From Octopus sinensis (Eukaryota): a stretch of DNA of 64,000 nucleotides. Position 1 is the stretch's first letter. Every line of letters begins with the position of its first letter. Below the pieces are notes generated by a model. It saw only the letters and a program-made list of their open reading frames with translations, ran no database searches and was not told the origin of the DNA. The stretch lies in the NCBI RefSeq assembly GCF_006345805.1, contig NC_042999.1, positions 36,146,001 through 36,210,000 of the forward strand. The letters are read 5' to 3'. The position numbers and the translations under genes are program-made. Positions 39,785 through 53,582 of this stretch are shown here, piece after piece.

Positions 39785-40216
39785 GTAGTCACCATTTCTC
39801 TCAATAGCAATGTTCCACCTTCGAAGGCGAGCATATATCCCTACCCCATAAAATTCTGTTGACTGTTCTTTGAGCCACTTCTTCACTACAGTTTCCACTT
39901 ATTAGTCACTGGACTATCATCTCTTCGGCCCCATGAAAGAGGATTTGAGAGGCAAACATTATTCCAGTGACAAGGAAGAAAAAAAACTGTAGTGAAGAAA
40001 TGGCTCAAAGAACAGTCAACAGAATTTTACAGGGCAAGGATACATGATCTTATTCGAAGGTGGAACATTGCTAGTGAGAGAAACGGTGACTATGTTGAGA
40101 AGTAGGGATGTGATCCACAGAGGACCAGCTTCATTTTGATGTATGATACATGTTCCTCTGTTGGTAATTATACCTGTCCTAAACAAAATGACATTACTAT
40201 TTGACTCACACTCGTA
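39785..40216 (+). mobile_element. Mariner transposase C-terminal fragment with 3' TIR, preceded by an inverted partial copy
   Basis: 39905-40100 reads [54 protein letters not shown]; TIR-like TTACTATTTGACTCACACTCG|TA at the end; 39785-39895 is the reverse complement of 39984-40092. Confidence 0.85.
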
Positions 40217-40593
40217 CATATGTATATATACATACATATATACATACAAATATGTGAAGGCATGTGGCTTAGTGACAAGGGCATTCTGCTCACAATCTTA
40301 CAATCATGAGTTCAATTCCCGGCGACATGTGTCCTTGAGCAAGACATTATTTCAAGTTGCTTCTGTCCACTCAGCTGGCAAAAATGAGTAGTATCTGTAT
40401 TTCAAAGGGCCAGCGACGTTAAGGGTACATCTGTCTGTGCAGTGCTCAGCTACTTGCACATTAATTTCACAAGCAAGCTGTTCCATTGATAGTATCAGTT
40501 GGGACTCTCATTGTCATAACCAACAGAGTACTCCTTATACACACACACATACACATATATTTTATTTTTTTTATTTATGTGCCATTTTCAAGC

Positions 40594-41625
40594 CTGTCTG
40601 TGTGTGTGTGTCTTCTAGGATCTCAGGCATCCTCCATCTGATTGCGCCCAAATTTGATATGTAGATACCAACGGTATCAGGGTGTGTATAAGTCTTGAAA
40701 AAATTACAAAAATCGATTCCAGGTGAGAATGTAATCGATAAAGCCGTGGGAATGTGCATTTGTACACGCAAGTACATCAGCTGTTGCGATTGATACTATG
40801 CGTACATGAGAAAAATGTACGTGTAGTTTGCGCAAAAAAAGGCGGCTGGCTTGAAATAATGCCACAAAATGCAGTATATTTAAGAGACTAAAAAAGTAAG
40901 ATGCAAAAGAGATATTTTCTTCAAATTTGGCATGAAGGAAGGAAAGACTATTTGGTTTCTCAAGAAGTTTTTCTTTTTGCCTTAACTTCGTTTAACAAAA
41001 CCAAAAATTTTATTGAAATAAAGGCATGTTTAATTATTTTTTAATGAAAAGAAAACACTGATTGCTTTTTATTCAAGGAAGAAAATACTATTTTCTTTCT
41101 AATAAATGATTTTTGTTGCCTTACAGCTTTAAACCAAAAAAAGTGTGTTTTTAGTGAAAGAAAACCATTATTGTATTCAATCGAGATTGTTTGAGCTATA
41201 TTTCAAGGTGAATGTAGTCAAAATACTTCAATTTTAGAAACAAAAGACTATTTGCTTGCTTCTTAATCGTGCAATATTTGCATTTACTAAACATACACAA
41301 TTAATCTACAATTGACCAGTTTTTGTTTTTTTTTTCAATGAAAATGCGATACTTTTGCATTTCTAACTATAATTGTGTTATTGTTTCAAAGGTATTGGTG
41401 TTTATCTCGTGTACGCATAGTATCGATCGCAACAGCTGATGTACTTTGCACCTACAAATGCAGGTTCCCATGGCTTTATCGATCGCATTCTCACCTGGAA
41501 TCGATTTTTGTAACTTTTTCAAGACTTATAGACGCCCTGATACTGTCAGTTATTACATATCAAATTTGAGCGCAATCGGATGGAGGATGCCCGAGATCCT
41601 AGAAGACACACACACAGACAGACAG
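40594..41625. mobile_element. ~1-kb fold-back: two ~220-bp Helentron/DINE-like 3' segments in inverted orientation around an AT-rich spacer
   Basis: 40594-40815 is the reverse complement of ~41401-41625; the right arm ends CAAATTTGAGCGCAATCGG..ACAGACAGACAG..ATTTTATATAATAGAT, typical of DINE-1/HINE-type ends. Confidence 0.75.
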
Positions 41626-41653
41626 AACAGATTTTATATAATAGATATACATA

Positions 41654-41685
<32 letters not shown>

Positions 41686-41758
41686 CATAAATACATATGT
41701 ATACACTCACATATATATATACACATGTATACACACACATATATATATACACATGTAT

Positions 41759-41809
<51 letters not shown>

Positions 41810-41826
41810 TATATAAATATATGTAT

Positions 41827-41863
<37 letters not shown>

Positions 41864-41919
41864 CATACAAATATACATCTATATACATATAAATCTATAT
41901 ATACATATAAATCTATATA

Positions 41920-42150
41920 TTGCTGGGAGCCTCCTCCAAGATGTGGCACTTGGTGAAGAATGGAGTTTGATCTAGCTGCCCTCATTTGCACCTCTTGCTG
42001 TGAGGTAGGTTCACCTAGGACTCTCAACAGGAAGAGGTCCATCTTTGATTTAAAAACACCTACATCTACTTTGTGCATGATCCTCAGGCTCTTTGGGAGA
42101 ATATTAAAAAGTTGTGGGCCCCTGAAACCCAGGCTGTTGCAGTAAAAGAG
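41920..42150 (-). mobile_element. 3' end of a CR1/L2/I-group LINE ORF2, decayed
   Basis: NSLGFRGPQLFNILPKSLR..VFKSKMDLFL..EPTSQQEVQMRAARSNSILHQ resembles the conserved C-terminus of invertebrate CR1-group LINEs; followed by a microsatellite tail. Clade assignment is uncertain. Confidence 0.7.
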
Positions 42151-42173
42151 TAAAAGAGAATGCTTCAACAATA

Positions 42174-42344
42174 GGCGCAGGAGTGGCTGTGTGGTAAGTA
42201 GCTTGCTAACCAACCACATGGTTGCGGGTTCAGTCCCACTGCGTGGCATCTTGGGCAAGTGTCATCTGCTATAGCACCGAGCCGACCAATGCCTTCTGAG
42301 TGGATTTGGTAGACGGAAACTGAAAGAAGCCTGTCGTATATATG

Positions 42345-42379
<35 letters not shown>

Positions 42380-42589
42380 TTGTGTGTCTGTGTTTGTCCC
42401 CCTAGCATTGCTTGACAACCGATGCTGGTGTGTCTACGTCCCCGCCACTTAGCGGTTCGGCAAAAGAGACCGATAGAATAAGTACTGGGCTTACAAAGAA
42501 TAAGTTCCGGGGTCGATTTGATCGACTAAAGGCGGTGCTCCAGCATGGCCGCAGTCAAATGACTGAAACAAGTAAAAGAGTAAAGAGTA
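42174..42589 (+). mobile_element. SINE family B, full length
   Basis: Colinear with 4894-5295. Confidence 0.9.
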
Positions 42590-42817
42590 ACAAGAAAAGT
42601 ATTTGATCAGCTAAGAGGGTGATGATAATGTCATAATAAAAAAAAATCTTGTTAAATACAGCTGCCCAAGATTTCCTGGTTGAAATGATAATCTATTTTG
42701 CTGTTTATCAAGCTGAGAACAAGACATACATGCATACATACATATTTAAACAGACAGATATTTTCCTATTATTTAATTGGCAGAAATTACAAAAGTGATT
42801 TGAAGATTTCATGCATG

Positions 42818-42861
<44 letters not shown>

Positions 42862-43110
42862 ACATGACTGAGTGTACATTCCATCTCACTGTCATGTGTT
42901 CTGAATAGAAGCAAAAGCACTGTTTGCAATCCCTCCATGAAATCATGTCTCAACTGTTTCTTCTTCAACAGATGGGGCAAATCATTAGCTTGCTTGGAAA
43001 CAGAGGAGATTGGAATCAGCATGAGTATCGTCTTACCCATACAAGCATGGAAAGTGGATGTTTAATGATAATGATGGTGATATATATATATATATGTGTG
43101 TGTGTATATA

Positions 43111-43339
43111 AGGCGAGCTGGCAGAACCGTTAGCACGCCAGGCGAAATGCGTAGCCGTATTTCGTCTGCCGTTACATTCTGAGTTCAAATTCCGCCAAGG
43201 TCGACTTTGCCTTTCATCCTTTCGGGGTCGATAAATTAAGTACCAGTTACGCACTGGGGTCGATGTAATCGACTTAATCCGTTTGTCTGTCCTTGTTTGC
43301 CCCCTCTGTGTTTAGACCCTTGTGGGTAGTAAAGAAATA
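43111..43339 (+). mobile_element. SINE family C, young copy
   Basis: Colinear with the reverse complement of 29942-30172. Confidence 0.88.
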
Positions 43340-45233
43340 TATATATATATATAAATAACCTTTTGTGGAGAATGGCGATTTGACGTCTATATCTAGCATG
43401 TTGACTGTCCACTTTTCGTGTTCAGTCCTTAATTGGTATATATATATATATATATTTCTTTTATTATTATTATTAGGGCCAGGTTCCAACTTGGGCCAAA
43501 ATTATTTGCCATCAGCTACATCTGTCCCATCAGGGTTTGAAGATGCAGTGTCATAAGTGCCACATAAATCCAGGTGTGTTCAACAACAGGTTGTAGATTG
43601 GGAGCTCAAACCCTAGTGCAGCCAGTAAACTTAGTCATTTTGACCTTTCAATAGCTTAACACTGACAGGGGTCATATACTCTTCCTGTAGATTGCATTTC
43701 CTCATTAGTAGAGACAAATTCTCCTCCAGTGAGGCAGAAATTGTGTGGACTCAATGAATCAGTTTGTTGAAGTTTGCATCAACTGCATACCAACCTCCCA
43801 CAATTTAAGGCTGGGATTTTCCATCATTGAGGTTTACTTCCCTAGGTATGTATGTATATACATACACACATATACTAGTCTAATATCAAGCCTACAGACA
43901 GGAAATTAAATAAGAAGAGAAATTTGTTTCTCATTCTACTTGAATAATCAAATAGCATGAAACTCAATGATTAACTTTATTTTTACATGTGCATACATTT
44001 CTTTGGGCATACATTTTGTGTATTCACATATGTAATCAGTGTATTTTCTCACATTTGTATGTATGTATGTATGTATGTATAAATATATAAATAATTTAGA
44101 ATGAAAGTAAACTTTCCTTTCACTTTTCTTTATTCTCTCCACTCTGTCTTTTTCTCAATTTTTCTCCCCTCTACCAATTCTCTTTCATCTAAATGATGAA
44201 CTAGATGCTTTGTGAATTTTTAAAAATGTAATTTAAGGACTTAAAAAGTCCATAATAGAGCTCAAGGTTTTTGAAAAAGCAAAATTTCTAATTTTGTTTA
44301 AACTCAAATATGAGTCATAAAGTAAATTCAACAATAGGTTTCCACACATTGTTAAACTTAACACTGAAGCTTTGTCTTAAACTTTCCATGTAACATGCAC
44401 CAATAATGTTTAAATCCCCCACCCCTGTGAAGTGTATCACTAACTTTTGTCCTGTATATTACAAGGTTGAAAAGACTGAGAACCAGTGCTCTAATTTTTC
44501 CTCTTCAAAGGCCTAATACACACATTTTCTCATTCTGTTTACATAATTAGAACCTCACAAACAGATGAAACTTTCTAGAAAAAGACAAATTTTTCTTCTT
44601 TTGTCATCTAAATTGATTTATGAAATTAAATTTTGGGGTTATTAATCTGGAGAAAGTTGTATGAAAAAAAATAAGTTACTTCAAATATTTATGTAAATGG
44701 AAAAGATTCATATTTTTCTACTAATTGACACAACATAGAATGCTTATCTAATTTAATTTTCCATAGCATACGTGCAATATCTTGCGTGTTTTGAGGGAAA
44801 CCTGATGAACCAACAAAACTAAAGAAAAATAAAAATTCATAAAAGGGGATAAAATGGACTTTTTAAAATAAAAATTATACAGATTTTTGACAGGTTAATT
44901 AAGACAGATTACTTGTTTCCAAAGAGTTAATTACAATCTTTAACACCTGTGAAATAAAAAGTTAGAACACAAAAAGACACATACAAAATTACAAGAATAG
45001 TAAAAGACAAGGATGAATAAAGTTTACTTTGTTGAAGTAGGTGATATAAAATATAGATGAGTTCACTATCCTAAATGATTTTTATTGAAATCATGTCTTA
45101 CATTTTACCTGTTACTTTATAAACACACAGGCATAGTTACAGATTCAGTCCAAATGTATTGCACCTTGGGCAAGTGTTTCATGGCACTAAAGGACTTTTT
45201 CACAGTCATAATTTTTTACCTCTTTTAGTTTAA

Positions 45234-45446
45234 CCCTTTCGTTACCAACCCGGCTAAAACTGGCTCTGTGTACAAATGTCTTGTTTTCATAAGTTTTGAA
45301 TTAAAATCTTCCACCAAAGCTTAGTCACAATTTATGTTCCTAACACTAGCTGAATGATAACTAAGTTATTTTACTATATTCTTTGTTATATTTAAAGTAA
45401 TTGAAAGAAATACAGAGCATCTCAAAAAAATACAGTAACGAAAGGG
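45234..45446. mobile_element. TTAA-flanked piggyBac-type MITE, family 1, young copy
   Basis: TTAA|CCCTTTCGTTAC ... GTAACGAAAGGG|TTAA, perfect 12-bp TIR. Confidence 0.92.
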
Positions 45447-45604
45447 TTAATCGAAAATATTTCTGTTGATTTTAATAATTCTTTTGCTTCTTTATTTAAA
45501 CTAGAATTTTTTGTCTTTTATTCATTTGCAATATTGAAAAGGAATTAAGAAATCATGTAAATTCTGAATAAGCATTTGGCTGAAGTTAAAACTAAGTTAA
45601 AGTA

Positions 45605-45758
45605 TAGGCTTGGCTGTGTGGTAAGAAGCTTGCTTCCCAACCACATACTTCTGAATTCAGTTCCTCTGTGTGGCACCCTGAGCAAATATCTTCTACTATA
45701 GCCTTGGGCCAACCAAAGCCTTGTGAGTGGATCTGGTAGACAGAAACTGAAAGAAGCT

Positions 45759-45826
<68 letters not shown>

Positions 45827-46045
45827 TTATGTATTTTTGTGTCTGTGTTTGTCCTCCCCGCACCATTGCTTGGCAACCAATGCTGGGGTGTTTACATCCC
45901 TGTAACATGGCAGTTCAGCAAAAGACACTGATAGAATAGGTGCTAGGCTTACAAAGAATAAGTCCTGGGGTCGATTTCTTTGACTAAAATACCCTGCAAG
46001 GTGGTGCTCCAGCATGACTGTAGTCAAATGACTGAAACAAGTAAA
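45605..46045 (+). mobile_element. SINE family B, more diverged copy
   Basis: Colinear with 42174-42589, with many substitutions and a longer internal (TA)n. Confidence 0.8.
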
Positions 46046-46168
46046 ATATATATATATCATCATCATCATCGTTTAGCGTCCGCTTTCCATGCTAGCATGG
46101 GTTGGATGGTTCAACTGGGGTCTGGGAAGCCAGAAGGCTGCACCAGGCCCAGTCTGATCTGGCAATGT

Positions 46169-46206
<38 letters not shown>

Positions 46207-47834
46207 TAGTTGACCATCCTGCTGTTGCTAGGGAGTTTTCACAACAGAATCCCCTGATAGACTTTTAACATGCCCATATATGATGGATTTCTCCATTTTG
46301 ACACCGATTTTTTCACATTTGTTTTCACCACACCCTTGCAAGCGTTTTATGAAAATCAATTTTTTAAAATTTGTGATTCCCTCACCCCTTTCTGGCCTCA
46401 TTTTCTCCAACTATTTTTTGCTCTCTGCACTTAAAAGCAATGGGAAATGCCTTATCAGTAAAAAAAAAAAAAAGGAGAAATTTTGAACATCATGATTGTT
46501 TTCAAACCCTCTTCCCCACTCAGTATTTTCAAACAGAAAAGGAAACAATTTAAAAATATTAGTGAAGGTTTTTACAATTTTGTCATTAACCCCACCCATA
46601 CCCCATAAATCATAAATTTTTTTACATTTTTTTCAAAATTCATTTTAATCAGGTTCATATTTTAAATATGGACAGTCAGAATCTGCAATTTGTTCCTGTT
46701 TATAATTTTAAAATAATTTTCAGATGAAAACATGTGCGATTTAAGGGAGATTTAGCTGTTGTTTTTAGCACATCCTACCACCACTTAGTACCTTCCTTGT
46801 TTCTTTATCACTCTGACATGTATTGATGTTTTTCAATATTTTTCTCCCCGTAAACACATTTTATGGAATGATGATGTGGAAGTAATGGTTTTGATTAGCT
46901 AAAGGGTGGTTCATTGCTGAGATTTTAGCAGCAACGAAAAAAAAATTTTGTAATTTAAATTTCTAACCTCCACCTGCATCAAGCAAGGTGTGTGTGTGGG
47001 GAGGGGGCTTTTTAAACCACTGTCACCTGCATAAAATTCCTTACACACAGTGACACACTAGAGTGAGCAATATACATGTATATACAAAATGAGAGAGAGA
47101 AAGAGTGTAGTAAATATACATAGAGAGGAGAAAAGTTTACAATAAGAAAAGTGAAAAATGAGAGAGAGAGAGAGCTTTTCTGTTGCTGTCACAGATTTTG
47201 AAATTTTAAAATCAAGTGAATATTTTCAAATTTGGTATATTGATGTACTTTTTCCAATTTTGTAATTCATTTATTCAAGAAAAATTTCAGAAAAATATTA
47301 CAGAGGTTTAAAGTTTGATCATTTTTACCCAGTTAGCAAACAGGATTTGTGTGTGATAGCTAGTATCATATAATGAAAGTAAACATTAGAAGATGAAGTT
47401 TTAAACAAAATGAAAGCAATTGCATGTCAAATGAAGAGAGTGAGAGAGAGGGGGGGCAGCAGCAAGTGCGAAAGATAATATATATAAAGAGAGAGATGAA
47501 TATATAGAAAAGAAAGAGATGAATATATACGTAGATGGGAAGTGTAAAAAAAGAGAGAGCCTGGGTAACCAATAAAGAGTGGGAGATTTGTCAACCTGAA
47601 AGTTGAGTTATTTCTCATAGCAAATTATATTTTTTAATCGTTGTTTATAGACAACCGTCTCTTTGGGATGCAGATTTCAAAAATCAAATTCATTTTTCTA
47701 GATGATGCACCATATCAGAGCCTTTGGAGGCTGAACACACACATACATGTATATAAACATACACACATATATACATACACACATATATACATACACACAA
47801 TATATACACACACACACATGCACATATATATATA

Positions 47835-48058
47835 CAGTAATCCCTCGCCATATCGCGGTTCACCTATTGTGGTTCATTATTTAAGCTTATTTCGATTCCT
47901 CCATAGTGCCATTTTGCATTTATAGTAAATTAAATATAAATAAATAATAAAAATAATAAAAAAAATATATACAGTACTGTACTGTTTCTAATTTGTGGAT
48001 TTTCAACTATCGTGGGGGCTTTTGGAATGTAACACCCACGATAGTCGAGGGATTACTG
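47835..48058. mobile_element. pogo/Tigger-type MITE (224 bp) with TA target duplication
   Basis: TA|CAGTAATCCCTCG ... CGAGGGATTACTG|TA, perfect 13-bp TIR. Confidence 0.92.
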
Positions 48059-48104
48059 TATGTATGTGTGTATATATACATACATATACATACATACATA
48101 TATC

Positions 48105-48140
<36 letters not shown>

Positions 48141-48786
48141 TATACATACATACACATAAGTGAACAAATGAAAGAAAATGGCATTCAACATGTTTGGTAA
48201 GAGTTAACATATATTATTCCTACCACTATTATTTCATAACAGTTTGTATCAGCTCCGTGTAACACAAACTTTTGTAGGTTCATCAAATGAACCTGACGAG
48301 ACTGGTTCATTTGAGGAACCTACAAAAATCTAAGTCGCAAGGAGCCAAGTCAAACTGTTATTAAATAATACATACATATAATCTTTTACTTCTTTCAGTC
48401 GTCAGACTGCAGCCATGCTGGGACACCACCTTGAAGAATTTTAGCCGAATGAATTGACCAGAGTACTTTTTTTTTAAAAGCCTGGTACTTTTTCTATCAT
48501 ACTCTTTGCCAAACTTCTAAGTTATGGGGATGTAAATATACCATCATCAATTGTCAAGTGGTGGTGAGGAACAAATGTAAACACAAAAAGACCCACACAC
48601 ACACATTATATATATATATATATTTATATTTATAAGGCTTCATTCAGTTTCCACAAGGCATTGGTCAACCCAAGGTTACAGTAGAAGACACTTGCCTAAA
48701 GTGTCGCACAGTGGGGCTAAACCAAGAACCATGTTATTGAGAAGCAAACTTCTTACCACAGAGCCATGTCTGTGCATATATATATA

Positions 48787-49157
48787 TACTAGCAGTATCG
48801 CCCGGCGTTGCTCAGGTTTGTAAGGGAAATAACTATAAAGCATTTTTAGAGAGTTATAGCCAAAAAATGGGAAAAAAATGGTAAATTTTTTTTGAGAGTT
48901 AAAAAAGGTGGAGTTGCGTCCCCTAGACGGTCTGTGGTTTGGGTTTCTGATTCTCGACCCCATGTCGAATTTATCAATTTTTTTCAGAACTGGGGGAACT
49001 TTTCAAAATTTTCGCTGCGTTAGTTTTGAATTATGACATTGGGCTATGTGTGTGTCAAGTTTCATCAGAATCGGTTGAAAGCCGTGGTCAGGGTGAGGGT
49101 ACGAGAAAACAGACACACAGAAAACGCACAGACAAACTGCCGTTTATATAGAGAGAG

Positions 49158-49158
<1 letters not shown>
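48787..49158 (+). mobile_element. Helitron/Helentron-associated non-autonomous element (DINE-1/HINE-like)
   Basis: Starts TACTAGCAGTATCGCCCGGCGTTGCTCAGG and ends AAGTTTCATCAGAATCGG..ACAGACACACAG..CGTTTATATAGAG, inserted in a (TA)n run. A degenerate similar start (TACTAGTTGACCATCCTGCTGTTGCTAGGG) lies at 46204. Confidence 0.75.
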
Positions 49159-49248
<90 letters not shown>

Positions 49249-49363
49249 GTGTGTGTGTATATATAATTAATCCAAACAAGAAAGCAAAAAAAAACACAAC
49301 AACGTGAGGACGTGGAACAAATAAAGTATTATTGGACGCTCAGGAAAGAAGGAAAGGAGGAGG

Positions 49364-49398
49364 GTTTAACGTTTCGAGCAGAGCTCCTCGTCGGAAAC
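49364..49398 (-). ncRNA. Minimal type I hammerhead ribozyme motif of Penelope-like retroelement type
   Basis: Minus strand GTTT-CCGACGA-G-GAGC-TCT-GCTC-GAAAC-GTT-AAAC gives a 4-bp stem I, a 4-bp stem II and a loopless palindromic stem III (ACGT); U4 of the core is C here. Minimal hammerheads in Penelope-like elements are established. Confidence 0.6.
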
Positions 49399-50325
49399 AT
49401 AGGAGAAGGAAAGATCCAGAGAAGGGAAGACAGAGGAAAAAAAAATCGCCAACGGTACACATGCGGTCACATTTATATATATATGTGTGTGTATGTGTGC
49501 AAGTGTATGCAGGTATGACAGGGGTTTAACAAGTTCATTTTGCAACAATGTTGTTTCAGCCTGGGCATATAGCTCTGGGCTCTCAAATACCTTTTGAATT
49601 AATTTGGTAGAAAGAAGCTGTAGAAAGCTTATTTTGTACACACACTTGTGCACATGCTTGAATATTTACATTTTGCAAGCATTTTTTGAGTTAAGGACAA
49701 TGGGCTCTGTTGTTATTACCCTGACAACAGACTCATCTGCTCTGTGAATTTGGAAATGAATGGAACAAGGCTTCCATTTTTGAAGAACAGGGAAGGGTAA
49801 GTAGCAGAAATGACATCTGGCTGTAAACCAAATGCCTCAATAATGCATCCTTATAATCCCTGCTAGTATGGGTTATAGGGGTACATTTGTAAAAAGTATA
49901 GGAAACAGATGTAAAGACAAATGATATATGACTATAAGAAGAATCAGACGTAGTATGGACATGTATGTGTGGGAGATGACAGCTGTATATAATAGTGTCA
50001 CACACTCTAAGTAAGAGGTGCTGGAGAAGTGGGATACCAAGAAATACTTGGGACAAAATGGCATAAACTGATCTCAAGATATGGACTTCACAGAAGAGAT
50101 AACAAAGAGATTGTGTTGACTGGGAGTCACAGTACTAGAGATGAGTCGATTACAAAAGACCTAATCAGTAGCATTTATATGTGTCAGTATTGAACATAAA
50201 TTTTAAATGAAAGAGAGAGAAGTTTGTATGTGTGTGTATGAGAAAATATTGTCTTACTGAAGTGGTGATGTGTGTGAGTGTGCATAGAGAAAGGCGGGTG
50301 GTGTAGACAACAAACAGATGTATTA

Positions 50326-50361
<36 letters not shown>

Positions 50362-52406
50362 TCAAAAGAGTACAGTAAGATCCATAATGGTAGAATCCAA
50401 GAAGTATAAAGCTTCAATGGTAATCCAGGTGGAATAGGGGTGAAGTGGTTCAAGAGAGGTGGCAAAAGTCAAAGAAGTAGGTAGGAAAGAGATGACAGTC
50501 CAAGGGTGAAGGTTCGGGCTGGCAGGATCATACAGGGGTGACCATGTGAGTGTATATTATATACAGTTCAAAATTATGCAAAAAAAAAAAAACAAAGAAC
50601 AAAAGATGGAGACAGGTGAGGGAACAACAAACAGGATGTGTTAGTTTGACACTCAGGAAAAATGAAAGAAATCTTTGATGTTTTAAACCTATACTCTTCT
50701 CTCACCTCTCTACACCTTGTTTTTTGTATAATTTTGAACAATATATACATATATATTTTCAAACATATGCACACACACACACACACACACATTTCACATA
50801 CATACAGATATATGTGAGAAAATGTTTTCAATACACATAGTAAAGTTAGTTTATTCATTCAAAGCTTATGATTTACTCCCTCTCACCAGAGTTTTCCACT
50901 GTATATGGTCCTTCAATTGACAAAAAGATGGATCATACATGCTGCACTCAGTACTCCCTTCCAGCACCCTAAGTCACTGATGGTCATTCCATACCAACTA
51001 TTCACCATTAACATGTAACTATCACAGCCTCTCTTCCATTACTTCCTCCTCTATTACTATTACCGATATCTCTTGCTATTCATTGCTCTATCTCTTTCAC
51101 TTGCAATGACTATCCTATCATGACACTCACACTGCTTCTCTATTCAACCTCCTACCAACAATTGTGTAACTAACATTCTCTCTCTCTTTCTCCCATCACC
51201 CCCTCCCATGCCATGCCATAATTTTGCATCCCTCTGTTATGTTCATATTCACATTTTCCTCTTTCACACTTTTTCTTAACACCCACCACCTTTTATTTAT
51301 ACTATTGATCACAAGGTTCCATAATCTTGCACAGAAGAAAGCAACCTCTCCAATGTTAGTGTCACAACAAAATGCGCCTAGTACATTCTACAACATGGTT
51401 GGTGTTAGGAAGGGCATTTAGTCATAGAAATCGAGTTAAAAAGAAAAATGGAACATACATGTGAAATATAGTTCTTTGGCCCAGTTAAGAGAGCAGTAAT
51501 TCTGAATAGGAACTGAATCAGACTGTGACAATTTGTTCAACTCATGCCAGCATGAAAAATGGTTATAAAAGCAAATTATGACAATGATGATGATATTTTA
51601 TTCATACCTACACACCAGGTAGGTATTAATTAAGAATTTATTATTTTATTATATTTGACATTTTTTACTTTCAGAAAATTCCATTATCATATTTGGTGGT
51701 ATTAAATTTAGTAGCACACTAAACATGGAATAATAAAGCAACAGTGGCCAACATATAGAACAGTATTTAGAAAAAAATAATAATAGTAATAAAAATGCAA
51801 AGAAACAGGTATTTGGATAAATATAAGGAACTGCAAGTCTACTAACAATTGATGCCATCTTAGTTTGATGCAAATGAAAACCTGAAGTGAATGAGCTTAA
51901 TTCCAGAAAGTACACTACCTTTTTGAAGATGCTCCATAGCCCGAGGTGAAAGATCAAGGGATGTTTAATTTCTGAACATGCTAGCCTCACGGTTACACTA
52001 TGCTGATCAATCCATCAAGCACTAAAAAGATCATGATCCATCTAGGAATGGACAGCAAGGTAAGAAAAAAGCCTCCAGCTCTGGCAATTTCCAAATTCAT
52101 GCAACTGGAGAGCTGCTGGTCACTGAGTATGGACAATGGCTAAATCTTGCAGGTGGCTGTTTTGGAAATAAAAGCAAAGTAAATAGAAAAGTTTAAGGAA
52201 TTTTTTTGATTATTGATTTTTTTTCATTTAAATATTTTGGAGAAAAAAAAGCAAACAAAAAATATTTTTGTTGAAAACATTTTTGAATTTTCAAAGTTTT
52301 TTTTAATAAATAAAAAAAAAAATAAAACAAAAACAAGCAAACTATCCAAAACAAAAAAAAGTAAGTCTAAGCAACTAAGACTAATTAATTAACACTATCT
52401 TATTTA

Positions 52407-53582
52407 CAAGGGTGGGCTGACAAGTTCATAGGCTGACTATGAAGGAGCAATGCTAGAGCCCTGAAATCTTGCATGCATCAATTTCAACCCTTCTTCTTAG
52501 TAACTGAATTGTTTCTTTCCAGGCAAACTGACATCTGACTGTTCAAAGAACACTCCAGAAGTAACTATAGTGACTTTTCTTGATAATGAACAAAATTTGG
52601 CATCATAATGTTATCAAGTACCTGCAGGAAAAGGGTTTAACCCTTAAGAACATTCATGCTAACATGGTTGCTACATTTGGGGATGACACTCCAGCTTAAA
52701 CAATAGTGCAAAAGTGGGCAACTGAATTTAGGAGTGGAAGGGAGAGTCTTCAAGATAACCCAAGGTCTGAACATTCTGCAACTGCCAACATTGATCATGT
52801 TAATCACATGGTGATGGATGATAGATGATTCACTAAATCAAATAGTCAATGTTGCTAGCATATTCCATGAGAGAGTTGAGAATATTCTGCACAATGAACT
52901 TGGCAATGACAAAGGTTTCTGCTTTGTGGGTGCTATGTCTTCTGACACCTGATCAAAAGTGCACCAGGTAGATCACATGATGAGAAAATCTGACATTATT
53001 TGAGGCAGATTCAGTTCCTAACCCAGGATAAGTGTTGGCTTCATCATTTTGAGCCAAAAACAAAGAGATAATCTATGAAGTGGAAACATCCCTCCTCACC
53101 TGCTCAAAAGAAGTCCAAGGTCATTTCAACAGCAGGTAGGTGATGGCCTCAGTGTTTTGGGATGCAAAAGGCATTATGTTTATTGACAAGCTTCAAAAGG
53201 GCCACACCATAAATGGAGAGTATTATGCCAACTTACTGAGGCAGTTATGAAAGGTTATCAAGACAAAATGCCCAGGAAAACTGACGAAAGTGGTCATGAT
53301 TCATCAGGACAATGCTCCAGCACACAATGGCTGCTGTTCATGAGTGTGGCTTTGAACTAGTTGATCACTCTTTCTATTCTCCTGGCTTGGCCCCCATCTA
53401 ACAATCACCTGTTCCCCAAAATGATGGGTTTTTTTTTTTACCAACAATGGGATCCAAGTGCTGCAACACCAATGGAAGAAGTGTGCAGACCACAAGGAGG
53501 ACTAGGTTGAAAAATAAACCTCATTTGGTCACATTCCATGAGAGTATCTTGATCAGCCTATGAACTTTATAGCTGTCTCTAA
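52407..53582 (+). mobile_element. Near full-length decayed mariner transposon (~1.18 kb)
   Basis: Inverted termini share AAGTTCATAGGCTGA; the broken ORF from ATG 52586 gives MNKIWHHNVIKYLQEKGL..KWATEFRSGRESLQDNPRS, a WVx motif, HQDNAPAH and YSPGLAP; multiple stops and frameshifts. Confidence 0.92.

Noticed and set aside
51981-52058. Plus-strand 75-nt open segment ending CAAG|gtaaga
   Set aside because: Poor acceptor, isolated, and no other plus-strand exons to join.
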